Shown here: positions 57,201-64,000 of the stretch, piece by piece
Position numbering within the stretch: position 1 is the stretch's first letter
Layout of the letters: every line of letters starts with the position of its first letter
Source of the DNA: a virus
Lineage: Duplodnaviria; Caudoviricetes
IMG/VR virus record: IMGVR_UViG_3300010429_000387
Location: 96,001-160,000 of that record
Reading direction: 5' to 3' (one strand)
Length of the DNA: 64,000 nucleotides
Position numbers and translations under genes: made by a program
The notes under the pieces: generated by a model
The model's database searches: none
What the model was told of the DNA's origin: nothing
The model's input: only the letters and a program-made list of their open reading frames with translations

Positions 57201-57905
57201 CCAGCTCTGTTTGGCAACAAGATTGGCCTTTGGTCGGCTCAAGGTAATGGCTCTAGTGTCAGCACCCTCAACTTTGGCACCTCGAACACCGGTACAGCCA
57301 CGACCAGGAACGTAGCCACCACCAGTTTCTTCACTACGATTCGACGGTTGGGGTTTGTGTCTTCTACTACGGCTGGAAGCTCCGCTGGTGTCAGACACAA
57401 CCTAGCTCAGTTCTTCAGTGGGAACGGAGCTGGAATCGGAGGGTTCTTCTTTGTAGCTAGGTTCGGGATCTCCCAAACCCAGACCGGGTATAGGTTCTTC
57501 GTTGGGTTGAGTGCTACAACTGGGGCATTTGGTAATGCAGACCCGTCGTCCCTCCTAAACCTCATCGGTATTGGCATGGACACTGGGGATACCAACATAC
57601 AGTTCATGCACAATGATGGTGCTGGAACTGCTACCAAGGTGACCCTAGGGGCCTCTTGGCCTCGCCCGACGGCAAATACCCAATTCTACGAACTTCGGTT
57701 GTTCGTGGCGCCCAACACGACTACTTTCTACTGGTCATTGGAGAACCTTGACCCGGCAAACAACCTGATTGTTGAGGGGAGTGTTACCACCAACATCCCC
57801 TCCAATACGACCCTCTTGAGCCCACAGGTTTGGATCAACAATGCGGCTCAGGCGGCAGCAGTTGCAATCGACGTTTCCTCTCTCTACATCGAGACGGACA
57901 ACTGA
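51243..57905 (+). CDS. Giant (2220 aa) fibre/adhesin protein
   Basis: Beta-helix-like N-region (DYNSIAAAL..IEVYPGTYTE), cement-like domain, eight R[SA]DHxH repeats, internal duplication, C1q/BclA-like segment (KVAGTYLVSYSL) and a beta-rich C-domain. Confidence 0.82.
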   Translation: MAAPIYIAVNQTVSDIELVELRLTVPASGQVNLSNFNPTWRIQSDLELLAAINGNSILLNDGTSTLDKPTSLQYLSPTASKEVLINVQAGADVTAWSNVSTSLGGEAGATAGLVFKSDGAGGGSMGKNTQTITRRITVGLAGDVDYNSIAAALSAADSGGCSASSPWQIEVYPGTYTEAPMNLKPGMTLVAAQQRMDTVFVVASNSAADLFTCTGGYVSGIVASGVTDSAKCLFRCATANSQVTFFGVKIRNCSTGWDVSGGATVFQSICSAVITGPSQGITTFSKVSGSTSYLGVHSNVLSCVSALLPYYSGNPIQTVYWVTDEATLFVLGATYRVAPKDSTADIFFADEGSNVYCISTEIANVGNAFHIGSSGTNTTITVQSTVLTNNTLNVLIESSTGTVFAQVSTDTQRKSIVSGGKLLGTIQYRTDEIERLVGDVRYRFAASDKDVNLEDYFSDFTSTGVCEGGVVTAGTGLHVDVSEGDGWCVRPDPYDDAEWVTWADVTALDLTASSTNYVHYSQTSQSIEVGTSPPGVSDILLATVVTDGSGIRYLHNTRTVVDDPTGRLHQYLLATRKQALKSGCAVTQGTSARKISVGSGSYYLALNPISYAGTGGDATFSYFYGTNGATEVASQTQLSITEYDNAGTLTTMTGGYYRLDTVILTSDGRVNVIYGTAQYSTKALAEAASLGNTPTFMEPSAFPVARVVVQEGVGISAILDARPAYGGSGGAGGVSVHSSLAGLDADDHTQYLLVSGSRSMNGNLGMGSHNITNVGTVDGVTVSAHASRHNPGGADALSTGTPVAISVGASPSAGTGSSYALNDHQHGITAGSPSSIGTANSAGTASSVARSDHVHNHGAQTDGSLHAVATTTVAGFLSAADKLALDTLVLGNTTVPVRNETGSTLLKGRAVTVVGWSTPNNVKLVAYADKDDPNLRPAIGVLQANLSNNTTGTATTQGLIEGIDTSSWSLTDQLVLGNSGLLVRPPPDNTPFTGEVQNIGIVSRVHVSDGHLIIALDGLEVVTGPQVFALTGTSGTPGPTNKYVTNSDARVTADQAAGTASIRTLGTGALQATAGNDSRLSDDRTASGLRTATTVVSVSGATAPTAGQALIATGGSAATWQTLLALTSSAPANVTKATASVGTSGEAARADHKHDITTATAVSVGTANAEGTSTSLSRADHVHSGLTRGASDFSTFAAKTTPVSADVFLLEDSAAGGAKKSITYSNLMSIAAGYFANGGDAATATRSLGNTTAFDLNLITNGVTRLTITAAGNVTASGRLASTTYIMGTGPDLSCIPVVGGQSVITTWWGMQLVGNKQSNVEYTPTNYGAAGDYGIIIPAQQAAATAVMIRGATGQSGNLTQWQNQAGSVLASVDASGNFTGGTYNNVTVAGHASRHQPGGADAIPTATAVSIGTANSAGTSTSLARADHVHNHGAQTDGTLHAAVVAGGTSGFMTGADKTKLDGIASGATATPLASTSPADVTKATAAVGVGSTAARADHKHDVSTAAASSLTVGGASSEGTATSLARSDHTHALPAFGTTAGTFAQGNDSRLSDDRTASGLRSATTVVGVSAATAPTAGQALIATSGTAASWQTLLTSNLPANVTKAAASAGTATDVSRSDHKHDITTATAVSVGTANAEGTATSLARADHVHSGLTRGASDFSAFTLKAAPVAADVILIEDSAAAGAKKYVTAGTLPTTDSNALHKTTSAEISALTEKTTPVDADVVVIEDSAASYAKKKVQLLNLPRGATLAAACATRTTTQAITNTFSNITYDTTVIETDANIIDHLAANLDRIQVKVAGTYLVSYSLNVTPSATERSYTQAVKNGSVVIPGSGTSTQNYTNEDNPHSTTFVVSLAVNDYISIQARVGSGTGTVTIPANITVYKLDGTTGATGSGSTITVQEDGIPVTGTPHSTLNFGSGITTTNAGSGVAQVALDTYPPLGDSTTSPSAPTSGSLLFAKFRAGRRMAAQIGPSGIDYSFQPALFGNKIGLWSAQGNGSSVSTLNFGTSNTGTATTRNVATTSFFTTIRRLGFVSSTTAGSSAGVRHNLAQFFSGNGAGIGGFFFVARFGISQTQTGYRFFVGLSATTGAFGNADPSSLLNLIGIGMDTGDTNIQFMHNDGAGTATKVTLGASWPRPTANTQFYELRLFVAPNTTTFYWSLENLDPANNLIVEGSVTTNIPSNTTLLSPQVWINNAAQAAAVAIDVSSLYIETDN

Positions 57906-57913
57906 GGTAGGTC

Positions 57914-59050
57914 ATGAAGCGATACGAATACACAGTTGACTCGGATGAGACCTTCCCGAACAAGAAGGTTGACCTGCCTCGGTTCACCCAAGAGATCCAG
58001 GCCAGCACCATCACCATCGCCCTGGCTGGACCCCTGAAGGTCCTCGCTGGGAACTGCTGCATCGACTTCAAGGTGGACCTCCCCCCAGCGGACCTAGCCA
58101 CCCTCGACCAGCTTGTCCTCCACCACAGCGGGGAACCTCTTCCCGACCCTCACGTCCTTCCGGACGGGACCCCTGTTGTGGCCCTCAAGACCAGGCAGGA
58201 CAACGACATCCCCCTGGTCGTCATGGCCCCTCGGAAGGGCAACGAGTGGGTGGTGGGGAGTCACAACTTTGCCGACCCTTGTTCCTGGTTCGGGGACTCC
58301 GAGAGGTCGGTCACGGAGACCCTCGTTGACTCAGGGGATGGGCTTGTTTTCAACAGTGCCCACCCCTACTGGATCGACATGATCTCGGGTCGGATGCACA
58401 ACGACTCGATGTGGGTCCGGCTCCAGCAAGAGTCCACCCCTCTCGACCCTCATGGGTATCAGGTGGAGGTCCGGGCCAACGGGGTTCACATGGTCATGCG
58501 AGAGCCCTTCGAGCCTACTGGGGGGGACTACGAGGTCCTATGGGAGGACGGGAAGATTAGGTTCTTTGAGAGCCAGGCTGGGAAGCAGGTCACAGCTTCC
58601 TACTCCTATTCTGATGGGTCCACTTTCTATATCCGTCCTAGGATCCCTGGGACCTCTGTTGTAGTCGAGGATGCCGAGGCAGATATCTCGGTTGATGCTG
58701 TCATGACCGATGAGATCGTCTACTCTTGGTGGTACTTCAACACCGAGATCAATGACTGGTCATGTGCTGGTGAGTATTCGTACAACCGGGCATCGCAGAT
58801 TGTCACTGAGGCTAGGGGAAACTACCCCATTTGTTCTGCCATTGGGGCGACATCGGAAGACAAGGCCCTACCCATTCCAGAGTTCAGAAGGAAGAGTCGT
58901 GGTATGCGTGTGGACAGGCAGGCTACCCCCTTCAACTACTCCACCACTCGGACACTTACCCTTGGGACCGAGCTTCGACTGTACCTCCGGCACAATCGCC
59001 CGTTCGGTGGTGAGCATGTTTCTATGACACTCTACTGCACGGAGGTATGA
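57914..59050 (+). CDS. Hypothetical virion protein
   Basis: GAGG RBS; 378 aa; structural-gene context. Confidence 0.7.
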   Translation: MKRYEYTVDSDETFPNKKVDLPRFTQEIQASTITIALAGPLKVLAGNCCIDFKVDLPPADLATLDQLVLHHSGEPLPDPHVLPDGTPVVALKTRQDNDIPLVVMAPRKGNEWVVGSHNFADPCSWFGDSERSVTETLVDSGDGLVFNSAHPYWIDMISGRMHNDSMWVRLQQESTPLDPHGYQVEVRANGVHMVMREPFEPTGGDYEVLWEDGKIRFFESQAGKQVTASYSYSDGSTFYIRPRIPGTSVVVEDAEADISVDAVMTDEIVYSWWYFNTEINDWSCAGEYSYNRASQIVTEARGNYPICSAIGATSEDKALPIPEFRRKSRGMRVDRQATPFNYSTTRTLTLGTELRLYLRHNRPFGGEHVSMTLYCTEV

Positions 59051-59086
59051 GTGATCCATGGGATCTAACAGGAGAAGAGGCGCAAC

Positions 59087-59344
59087 ATGACGGTTGTCGT
59101 CTACAACTGCACCAGAGGACCTGTTAGGATCGGGGACCTACTCGTACCCCGCTGGAGTTCTATCTCAATCGAGAACCTCACTCAGGAGCAGCAGGCCCGG
59201 CTGATGAAGGCTGAGGCATACGGGGAGGTCCGTTGTACCCCAAGTCTTCTACCCCCAGTGCCGCCTCCGAAACCCACTGTTGAGGTCCCTTCTAGCCAAC
59301 CACCTGAGCCTTCGCCGCCACCTCCCAAGAAGCGTAAGCGCTAG
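59087..59344 (+). CDS. Small hypothetical protein with Pro-rich/basic tail
   Basis: GAGG RBS. Confidence 0.6.
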   Translation: MTVVVYNCTRGPVRIGDLLVPRWSSISIENLTQEQQARLMKAEAYGEVRCTPSLLPPVPPPKPTVEVPSSQPPEPSPPPPKKRKR

Positions 59345-59385
59345 AACTTGGGTCCGCCAACCTTTTTATCCAAAGCAGGTAGCTG

Positions 59386-60246
59386 ATGAAAGCTCTTGTG
59401 TTGTCTGGTGGGGGCTCCAAGGGGGCCTATCAAGTGGGTGCCCTCAAGAAGTGGATGTTCGAGGATGGCATCGAGTACGATGCCTTCTGCGGGATCTCTG
59501 TTGGGAGCCTCAATGGGTCATTCTTGGCTCAGTTCCCGGCCGGTGACCCTCAAGGAGCTTGGGAGAAGCTCAAATGGGTGTGGGACCGAGTAGGACCCAA
59601 CAACGTCAAGAAGAGCTGGTGTCCTTTCGGGAAGCTGTCCTCCCTTTGGAAGCCATCTGTCTACAACTCAGAACCCCTACAGAAGTGGGTTCTTTCCGAG
59701 TTGAGTCAAGAGCGGATCTCCAACTCTGGCAAGAAGCTCAGGGTGGTTTCGGTCTCCTGGAACACAGCCAAGTCCCATGTGGCAGACGAGATGGATCCCG
59801 AGATCGCTCTTCGGGTGATTGCCAGCTCATCTTTCCCCGTCATGCTGCTCCCAGCCGAGATAGGTGGGGAACAGTGGACGGATGGGGGACTTCGGAGTGT
59901 AACCCCTCTTGGTGAGGCTATTCGTCTTGGTGCTGATGAGATCGACGTGATCATGTGCTCCAATCCGGAGCTGTTCTCGCCCTTCGACCCGAAGTCGGCA
60001 GCCATTCCAGCGAGGCTGGAGCGAGCCCTGGACATCATCCTCGCTCAGATTGAGGTCTCGGACCTGAAAATCTGTGGGTACAAGAACGACCTTGCCGAAC
60101 TCAAGCCCGAGTACCGGAAGGTCAAGGTCCGGCTTCTCCAGCCCAGCGAGATCCTTCCTGGATCTTCACTCTCCTTCGACCAAGAGACCATTCAACTCAA
60201 GATGCAGAAGGGGTACGAGGACGCCTGCAAGCTGGGCTCCGGTTGA
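59386..60246 (+). CDS. Patatin-like phospholipase
   Basis: LVLSGGGSKG oxyanion motif, GISVG nucleophile elbow, ASSSFP and DGG. Confidence 0.92.
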   Translation: MKALVLSGGGSKGAYQVGALKKWMFEDGIEYDAFCGISVGSLNGSFLAQFPAGDPQGAWEKLKWVWDRVGPNNVKKSWCPFGKLSSLWKPSVYNSEPLQKWVLSELSQERISNSGKKLRVVSVSWNTAKSHVADEMDPEIALRVIASSSFPVMLLPAEIGGEQWTDGGLRSVTPLGEAIRLGADEIDVIMCSNPELFSPFDPKSAAIPARLERALDIILAQIEVSDLKICGYKNDLAELKPEYRKVKVRLLQPSEILPGSSLSFDQETIQLKMQKGYEDACKLGSG

Positions 60247-60301
60247 TCTTCTTATGAACCCTAATCCGTGGAACCCTCTCCCTTTACTAGGAGCACGCTA
60301 G

Positions 60302-61213
60302 ATGCTGAGGCTCACTCACAACCAGACAGTTCAGGGACCTATCATCCTCACCGACATTGATGATGGCCTCCCCAACAAAACGGCAAAGCACGGGACAGGT
60401 GATCCCGACAAGTACCACAGGGATGGCAACTCCCTTGGTGGAGCGGACAAGAGCGTCGAGCCCGACGTGAACTGGCCGAAGCAGAAGTGCTACATCCCCA
60501 AGAGGAAGCTCACCGACTCCACTGTGGCGGGGTACATCGACCTCAAGGAGACCGACCGGGTCCTCATGAGCCAGTACAAGGGGGCCATTGCGGGCTTCCT
60601 GTCTGGTGGCTTCATCACGGTCACCTCCTTCACGGATGCCGATGTGGCTGCTCCTACCGTGACCTCGGCTCAGATCAACAACGTGACCAATGCCCTGAGC
60701 ATTGGTGGGACGAACTTCACCTCGCTCGCCCCCAACGTCTCGAAGGTCGTCATCACCGGAACCGGTGCTGTGACCCTGACCCAGGCGCAGATTCTCACGG
60801 GTGGTGGTACCTTCTCGGCTACGGCCATCGCCATCCCGGCTGCTCTGGTTCCTGGGATCTCGGACACCACCTCCTTCGTCCAGGTCATTGCTGACGACCA
60901 GATCACCCCGGTTCGTGCTTTGGTCGAGGCCCCCGTCATCACGGGAGCTGAGATCGATGTCCCGACTGCTGGTGACCTGACCCTCACGGGAACGGAGTTC
61001 ACCTCCATCTCCCCGACCCTCTCTTCGGTCATCATCACAGGGGACGGTGCTGTGACCCTGACCCAGACTCAGATCACGACGGGTGGCGGAACTGTCTCGA
61101 ACACCTCCATCGTGATCCCGGCAGCCTTGGTCCCAGGTCTCGCAGCAACAACCTCCTCGGCACAGGTTCAGGCAGACACCCTGCTTTCCAATGTGTTCGT
61201 GGTGACAACCTGA
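60302..61213 (+). CDS. Virion protein with two IPT/Ig-like repeats
   Basis: Two copies of AP..T.A.I...L.I.GT.FTS...V.LTQ.QI.TGGGT...I.IPAALVPG. Confidence 0.7.
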   Translation: MLRLTHNQTVQGPIILTDIDDGLPNKTAKHGTGDPDKYHRDGNSLGGADKSVEPDVNWPKQKCYIPKRKLTDSTVAGYIDLKETDRVLMSQYKGAIAGFLSGGFITVTSFTDADVAAPTVTSAQINNVTNALSIGGTNFTSLAPNVSKVVITGTGAVTLTQAQILTGGGTFSATAIAIPAALVPGISDTTSFVQVIADDQITPVRALVEAPVITGAEIDVPTAGDLTLTGTEFTSISPTLSSVIITGDGAVTLTQTQITTGGGTVSNTSIVIPAALVPGLAATTSSAQVQADTLLSNVFVVTT

Positions 61214-61214
61214 G

Positions 61215-61589
61215 ATGAAACAGGCGCCTTCCCTTCTCGGGCTTCTGGATGCTGAGGCTGGTTCATTCCAGAGGCTCGATAATACCTGGCGCCCTAAGGA
61301 TCTCTTTTTCGAGTTGCAGACTCAAGAGTTGTTGAGGGACATGGTCCACCGATACGAGGCACTGAAGGCTTCAGAGGGAGAGTTCCAAGGACTCGACCGG
61401 GCGGACCTGTACCTCAAGCTCACACGTCGCATGAGCTTCATCATACGGCGTGCAAAGTTTGTCCGCCGGGCCAATCAGCTTGCCTTCGGCCAGGCGGTGG
61501 CGGAGTTCTACACAGCCTACGGTCAAGTGCTCCGCTATCTCAGGATCGATCAAGCGAGGGGCCGTCTACAGCAGCCACAGCCCATCTAG
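61215..61589 (+). CDS. Hypothetical protein
   Basis: Fills the gap between neighbouring genes. Confidence 0.6.
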   Translation: MKQAPSLLGLLDAEAGSFQRLDNTWRPKDLFFELQTQELLRDMVHRYEALKASEGEFQGLDRADLYLKLTRRMSFIIRRAKFVRRANQLAFGQAVAEFYTAYGQVLRYLRIDQARGRLQQPQPI

Positions 61590-61606
61590 GTTCAGGAGGA
61601 CATCAC

Positions 61607-62365
61607 ATGTTCGTCGCAGTCATTCGTGGAGATATCTCAAAGCCGCTCTTCATCGCTGATGTGGAGCCCAAGTCCACTGCCAATCCGTCCACAGAGTCCC
61701 CTCTCGGGCAGTCACGGTACATCTCCCGTCCTGACCCGACGAAGATTCAGGCTTACCTGGACGGACAGAGCCTTGTGGCAACGGCCTCAGCTCTCATCAC
61801 GGCCACTGTTCCCGTCGGGGGTCCGGTGGACATCTCGCCCACAACCATCAAGGCCGTTGGGAGCCTTTCTGGATCCAGCAACGCCCAGGTTGCGGCTCTC
61901 CAGGCTCTCCTGGCAGCCAAGTTCGTCGAGACCGATGTGGTCAAGAAGAGCTTCCTCTACGGCAACCTTGCAGGGTACCGTTCGGCCAGCTTCAATCCGG
62001 ATACACGTCGGGTTCCGCCCCTTTCCAATGGGGCCGCCATCGCCCTCGTTCAGGATGATGGGGTCACGGCCTTCACAGTTGGGGTCCCGACCATCTCGAC
62101 GGCAGACCTGGACACCCCCACCACGGGAGCCCTTCGCATCACGGGCACCAGCTTCGGGGCTACGGGGCTCTACGAGTTGACGGTCATCCTGGTTGGCACC
62201 GGAGCCAAGAAGCTCACCAAGTCCGCCATCTTGGCGGGAGGCGGGTCCGTGACGGCCACCCAGATCGACATTCCAGCAGCCCTCATCCCAGGAGTCCTCA
62301 CGGGGTACACCTCGGCCAGGGTTCGGGTGAACGACCTGCTCTCGAATGCAGTGGCGCTCAACTGA
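61607..62365 (+). CDS. Virion protein with one IPT/Ig-like repeat, related to 60302..61213
   Basis: LRITGTSF...LTKSAILAGGGSVTATQIDIPAALIPG; AGGAGG RBS. Confidence 0.7.
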   Translation: MFVAVIRGDISKPLFIADVEPKSTANPSTESPLGQSRYISRPDPTKIQAYLDGQSLVATASALITATVPVGGPVDISPTTIKAVGSLSGSSNAQVAALQALLAAKFVETDVVKKSFLYGNLAGYRSASFNPDTRRVPPLSNGAAIALVQDDGVTAFTVGVPTISTADLDTPTTGALRITGTSFGATGLYELTVILVGTGAKKLTKSAILAGGGSVTATQIDIPAALIPGVLTGYTSARVRVNDLLSNAVALN

Positions 62366-62384
62366 TCTGTGAGTTCAACAAGCT

Positions 62385-62408
62385 CGGCCCCCGGTTTTCC
62401 GGGGGCCG
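62385..62408. terminator. GC-rich 10-bp hairpin; possible terminator or processing site
   Basis: CGGCCCCCGG-TTTT-CCGGGGGCCG; no downstream U-tract. Confidence 0.45.
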
Positions 62409-62477
62409 CATAGATGTATAACGGGACCCAAATCACATCTCTTGACCGAGATAGACCCAGATTTAGATGAGGCTGAA

Positions 62478-62732
62478 ATGTCAAAGGGAAACGGCGCCAA
62501 GGAGTTCCGCACCCCAGACCTGTACTTCGCTGCTTATTTGCAGACAGCAGGTGTGGAGATGAAGCGGACAGATCGAGAAAACAACCGAGTTTACTTCGTG
62601 TTCGATACCTCAATCGCCAACGTTGAGGAGCTGAAGACGGGATGGTTCAACAACACCAGCAAGGTACCCGCTCAGCCGTATGCGAACAACATCAAGAGCT
62701 TAAAATCTGTCTGCCATATGCAAGGCTCTTGA
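62478..62732 (+). CDS. Small hypothetical protein (DUF5659-like pattern)
   Basis: FRTPDLYFAAYL...RVYFVF; GAGG RBS before ATG 62478. Confidence 0.6.
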   Translation: MSKGNGAKEFRTPDLYFAAYLQTAGVEMKRTDRENNRVYFVFDTSIANVEELKTGWFNNTSKVPAQPYANNIKSLKSVCHMQGS

Positions 62733-62860
62733 CTGAGGCTCGGACTCGGATACGCAGGGCACCCCTACGGAACCCCGTTTCTTTGATTCGGGTCCGCTAG
62801 GATAGGTGCCCTTGATGACTGTCCACTGCCCCACAATGTTGCGGCTAACCCGGAGGGGCC

Positions 62861-64000
62861 ATGGCGTTCACGGGTAAGCTAGGAACGGACCAAAGCCAGC
62901 TTGGAAACTTCCTGCTGGGCTCAGAGGGAAGCGGAGGAGGTGGGACTGCCATTGCAGTTGACGCCTCCCTCTCTGGTTCTTCCTCTGTCACGGTTGAGCT
63001 GACCTCGATAGTTCGGGTCGATGCTACGCTCCCAGGCGAGGCTTCGATCACTCCTGAGGCAGTGGTCGTCTATGCCCTTGCCACTACGCTCCCAGGGGAG
63101 GCTTCGGTCACCTCTGACGTGGTGCTGGTTTTTGCAGGGGTTGCTACGCTCCCAGGGGAGGCTTCCACCACTTTCGATATGGGAGTGGTCTTGGATGAGT
63201 CGGCCACCCTAGCTGGGGGGTCCACTCTATCCTCTGAGCTTTCCAATGTGGTGGTGTTGGACTCCACTCTGAGTGGGAGTTCGGACCTAGCTGCCCCTAG
63301 GTTGACTGACGAGTTGAGCGCCAACCTGTCTGGTGATTCTTCCGTCACCTCAGACCCGGTGTTCCTGTTTGCCCTGGATGTTTCCCTACCAGGAGAGTCC
63401 ACCCTCGCATCTGACCTGGCTGTGGTGTTGGCTGGGTCTTTAGCCTTACTCGGGGAGGCTAGTACCTCCTTTGACTTCGGTCTCATCCTAAGTGGGGAGG
63501 CGACCCTAACTGGCGACTCCTCTCTTTCCGGGACCCCCTCTTCCTCTATAGTTGTGGATGCCACGCTAGGAGGCGACTCCAGCTTTAGCCCACCACAGTT
63601 GACCGATGAGATCGGTGCGATCCTGAATGGTGGCTCTAGTCTTGATTCAGACTTTGGGCTGTCCTTGTCCCTTGAGGTTACTCTTGAAGGGTCCTCCAGC
63701 TTCAGCCCGGCCAACCTGGTGGATGAGCTGGCACTTGACCTCAGTGGAGAGGCGACACTATCAGCCCCACGTCTGACCGATGAGATCGTCTCCAACCTCA
63801 ATGGTGAGTCCACTCTTGAAGCCCCTCAACTGACCGATGAGCTGACTGCTAGCCTGTCTTCGAGTTCGAGTGGGACCTTTGATGCCACGGTTGTGTATGG
63901 GGTTGGTCTCGACCTTCTGTCTGAGTCCACCTTCATACCGGTTCTACAGGCCGTCTACAACCTCACTCGGGACATCACAGGGAACTCTAACCTTGGTGCT
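62861..64000 (+). CDS. Repeat protein (~20-aa L-x-G-x-[SA]-[ST] units), 3'-truncated; not in the ORF track
   Basis: GGAGG RBS, ATG 62861 (MAFTGKLGTDQ...). Frame appears open to the window end; TLPGEAS repeats every 60 nt. Confidence 0.8.
   Translation, partial: MAFTGKLGTDQSQLGNFLLGSEGSGGGGTAIAVDASLSGSSSVTVELTSIVRVDATLPGEASITPEAVVVYALATTLPGEASVTSDVVLVFAGVATLPGEASTTFDMGVVLDESATLAGGSTLSSELSNVVVLDSTLSGSSDLAAPRLTDELSANLSGDSSVTSDPVFLFALDVSLPGESTLASDLAVVLAGSLALLGEASTSFDFGLILSGEATLTGDSSLSGTPSSSIVVDATLGGDSSFSPPQLTDEIGAILNGGSSLDSDFGLSLSLEVTLEGSSSFSPANLVDELALDLSGEATLSAPRLTDEIVSNLNGESTLEAPQLTDELTASLSSSSSGTFDATVVYGVGLDLLSESTFIPVLQAVYNLTRDITGNSNLGA

Larger units (their letters stand above)
1..64000 (+). 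mobile_element. Fragment of a large tailed bacteriophage genome (likely jumbo phage)
   Basis: Terminase, portal, prohead protease, major capsid and fibre genes plus a phage-encoded replication/recombination cluster. One coding strand with many overlapping stop/start codons. No host housekeeping operons and no integrase in view. Confidence 0.93.

Noticed and set aside
48595-57905. Diversity-generating retroelement or invertible tail-fibre cassette
   Set aside because: No reverse transcriptase or invertase in the window. Repeat copies are in-frame coding and I saw no adenine-specific mismatch pattern.
63024-63165. Three 22-nt direct repeats (CTACGCTCCCAGG[CG]GAGGCTTC) with 38-nt gaps, CRISPR-like in spacing
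   Set aside because: The period is exactly 60 nt and in frame (TLPGEAS) inside a longer degenerate protein repeat. No leader or cas genes.
1173-63813. Long minus-strand ORFs (e.g. 2775..3677, 27826..28761, 29068..30021, 32173..33273, 63070..63813)
   Set aside because: They are antisense shadows of + strand genes with strong codon bias, and show no recognisable motifs.
1-64000. Stop-codon reassignment, as seen in some large phages
   Set aside because: Genes are full-length in the standard code, and TGA, TAA and TAG all end genes at sensible boundaries.
1-64000. tRNA or rRNA genes
   Set aside because: No cloverleaf with T-loop and acceptor stem was recognised in the short intergenic gaps; a tRNAscan-SE run would be needed to exclude them fully.

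Overview
A 64-kb piece of a large tailed dsDNA phage genome (probably a jumbo phage; moderately GC-rich). All credible genes are on the + strand, densely packed, in the standard genetic code. (1) About 1-16.6 kb is a replication/recombination/transcription cluster: putative SSB, RuvC-like resolvase, RecA, a Rad50/SbcC split across separate genes, Mre11/SbcD with a LAGLIDADG intein, PD-(D/E)XK nuclease, DnaN-like clamp, primase, DnaX-like clamp loader, a NusG-5'-3' exonuclease fusion and a tandem sigma-region-4 protein. (2) About 16.7-44 kb is head morphogenesis: terminase, topoisomerase IB, three tandem decoration-protein paralogs, portal, prohead protease, scaffold, decoration protein, major capsid protein, HU and several charged modular proteins. 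(3) About 44-64 kb holds fibre/appendage genes with R[SA]DHxH repeats, a patatin phospholipase and Ig-like proteins. The most notable signals are: a recurring [KR]-x-A motif between modules of head-region proteins and flanking the topoisomerase (a candidate protease-directed capsid cargo system); a truncated major-capsid paralog inside the replication operon; the NusG-flap nuclease fusion; and the split Rad50. All calls come from motif recognition and alignment by eye; no database searches were run.
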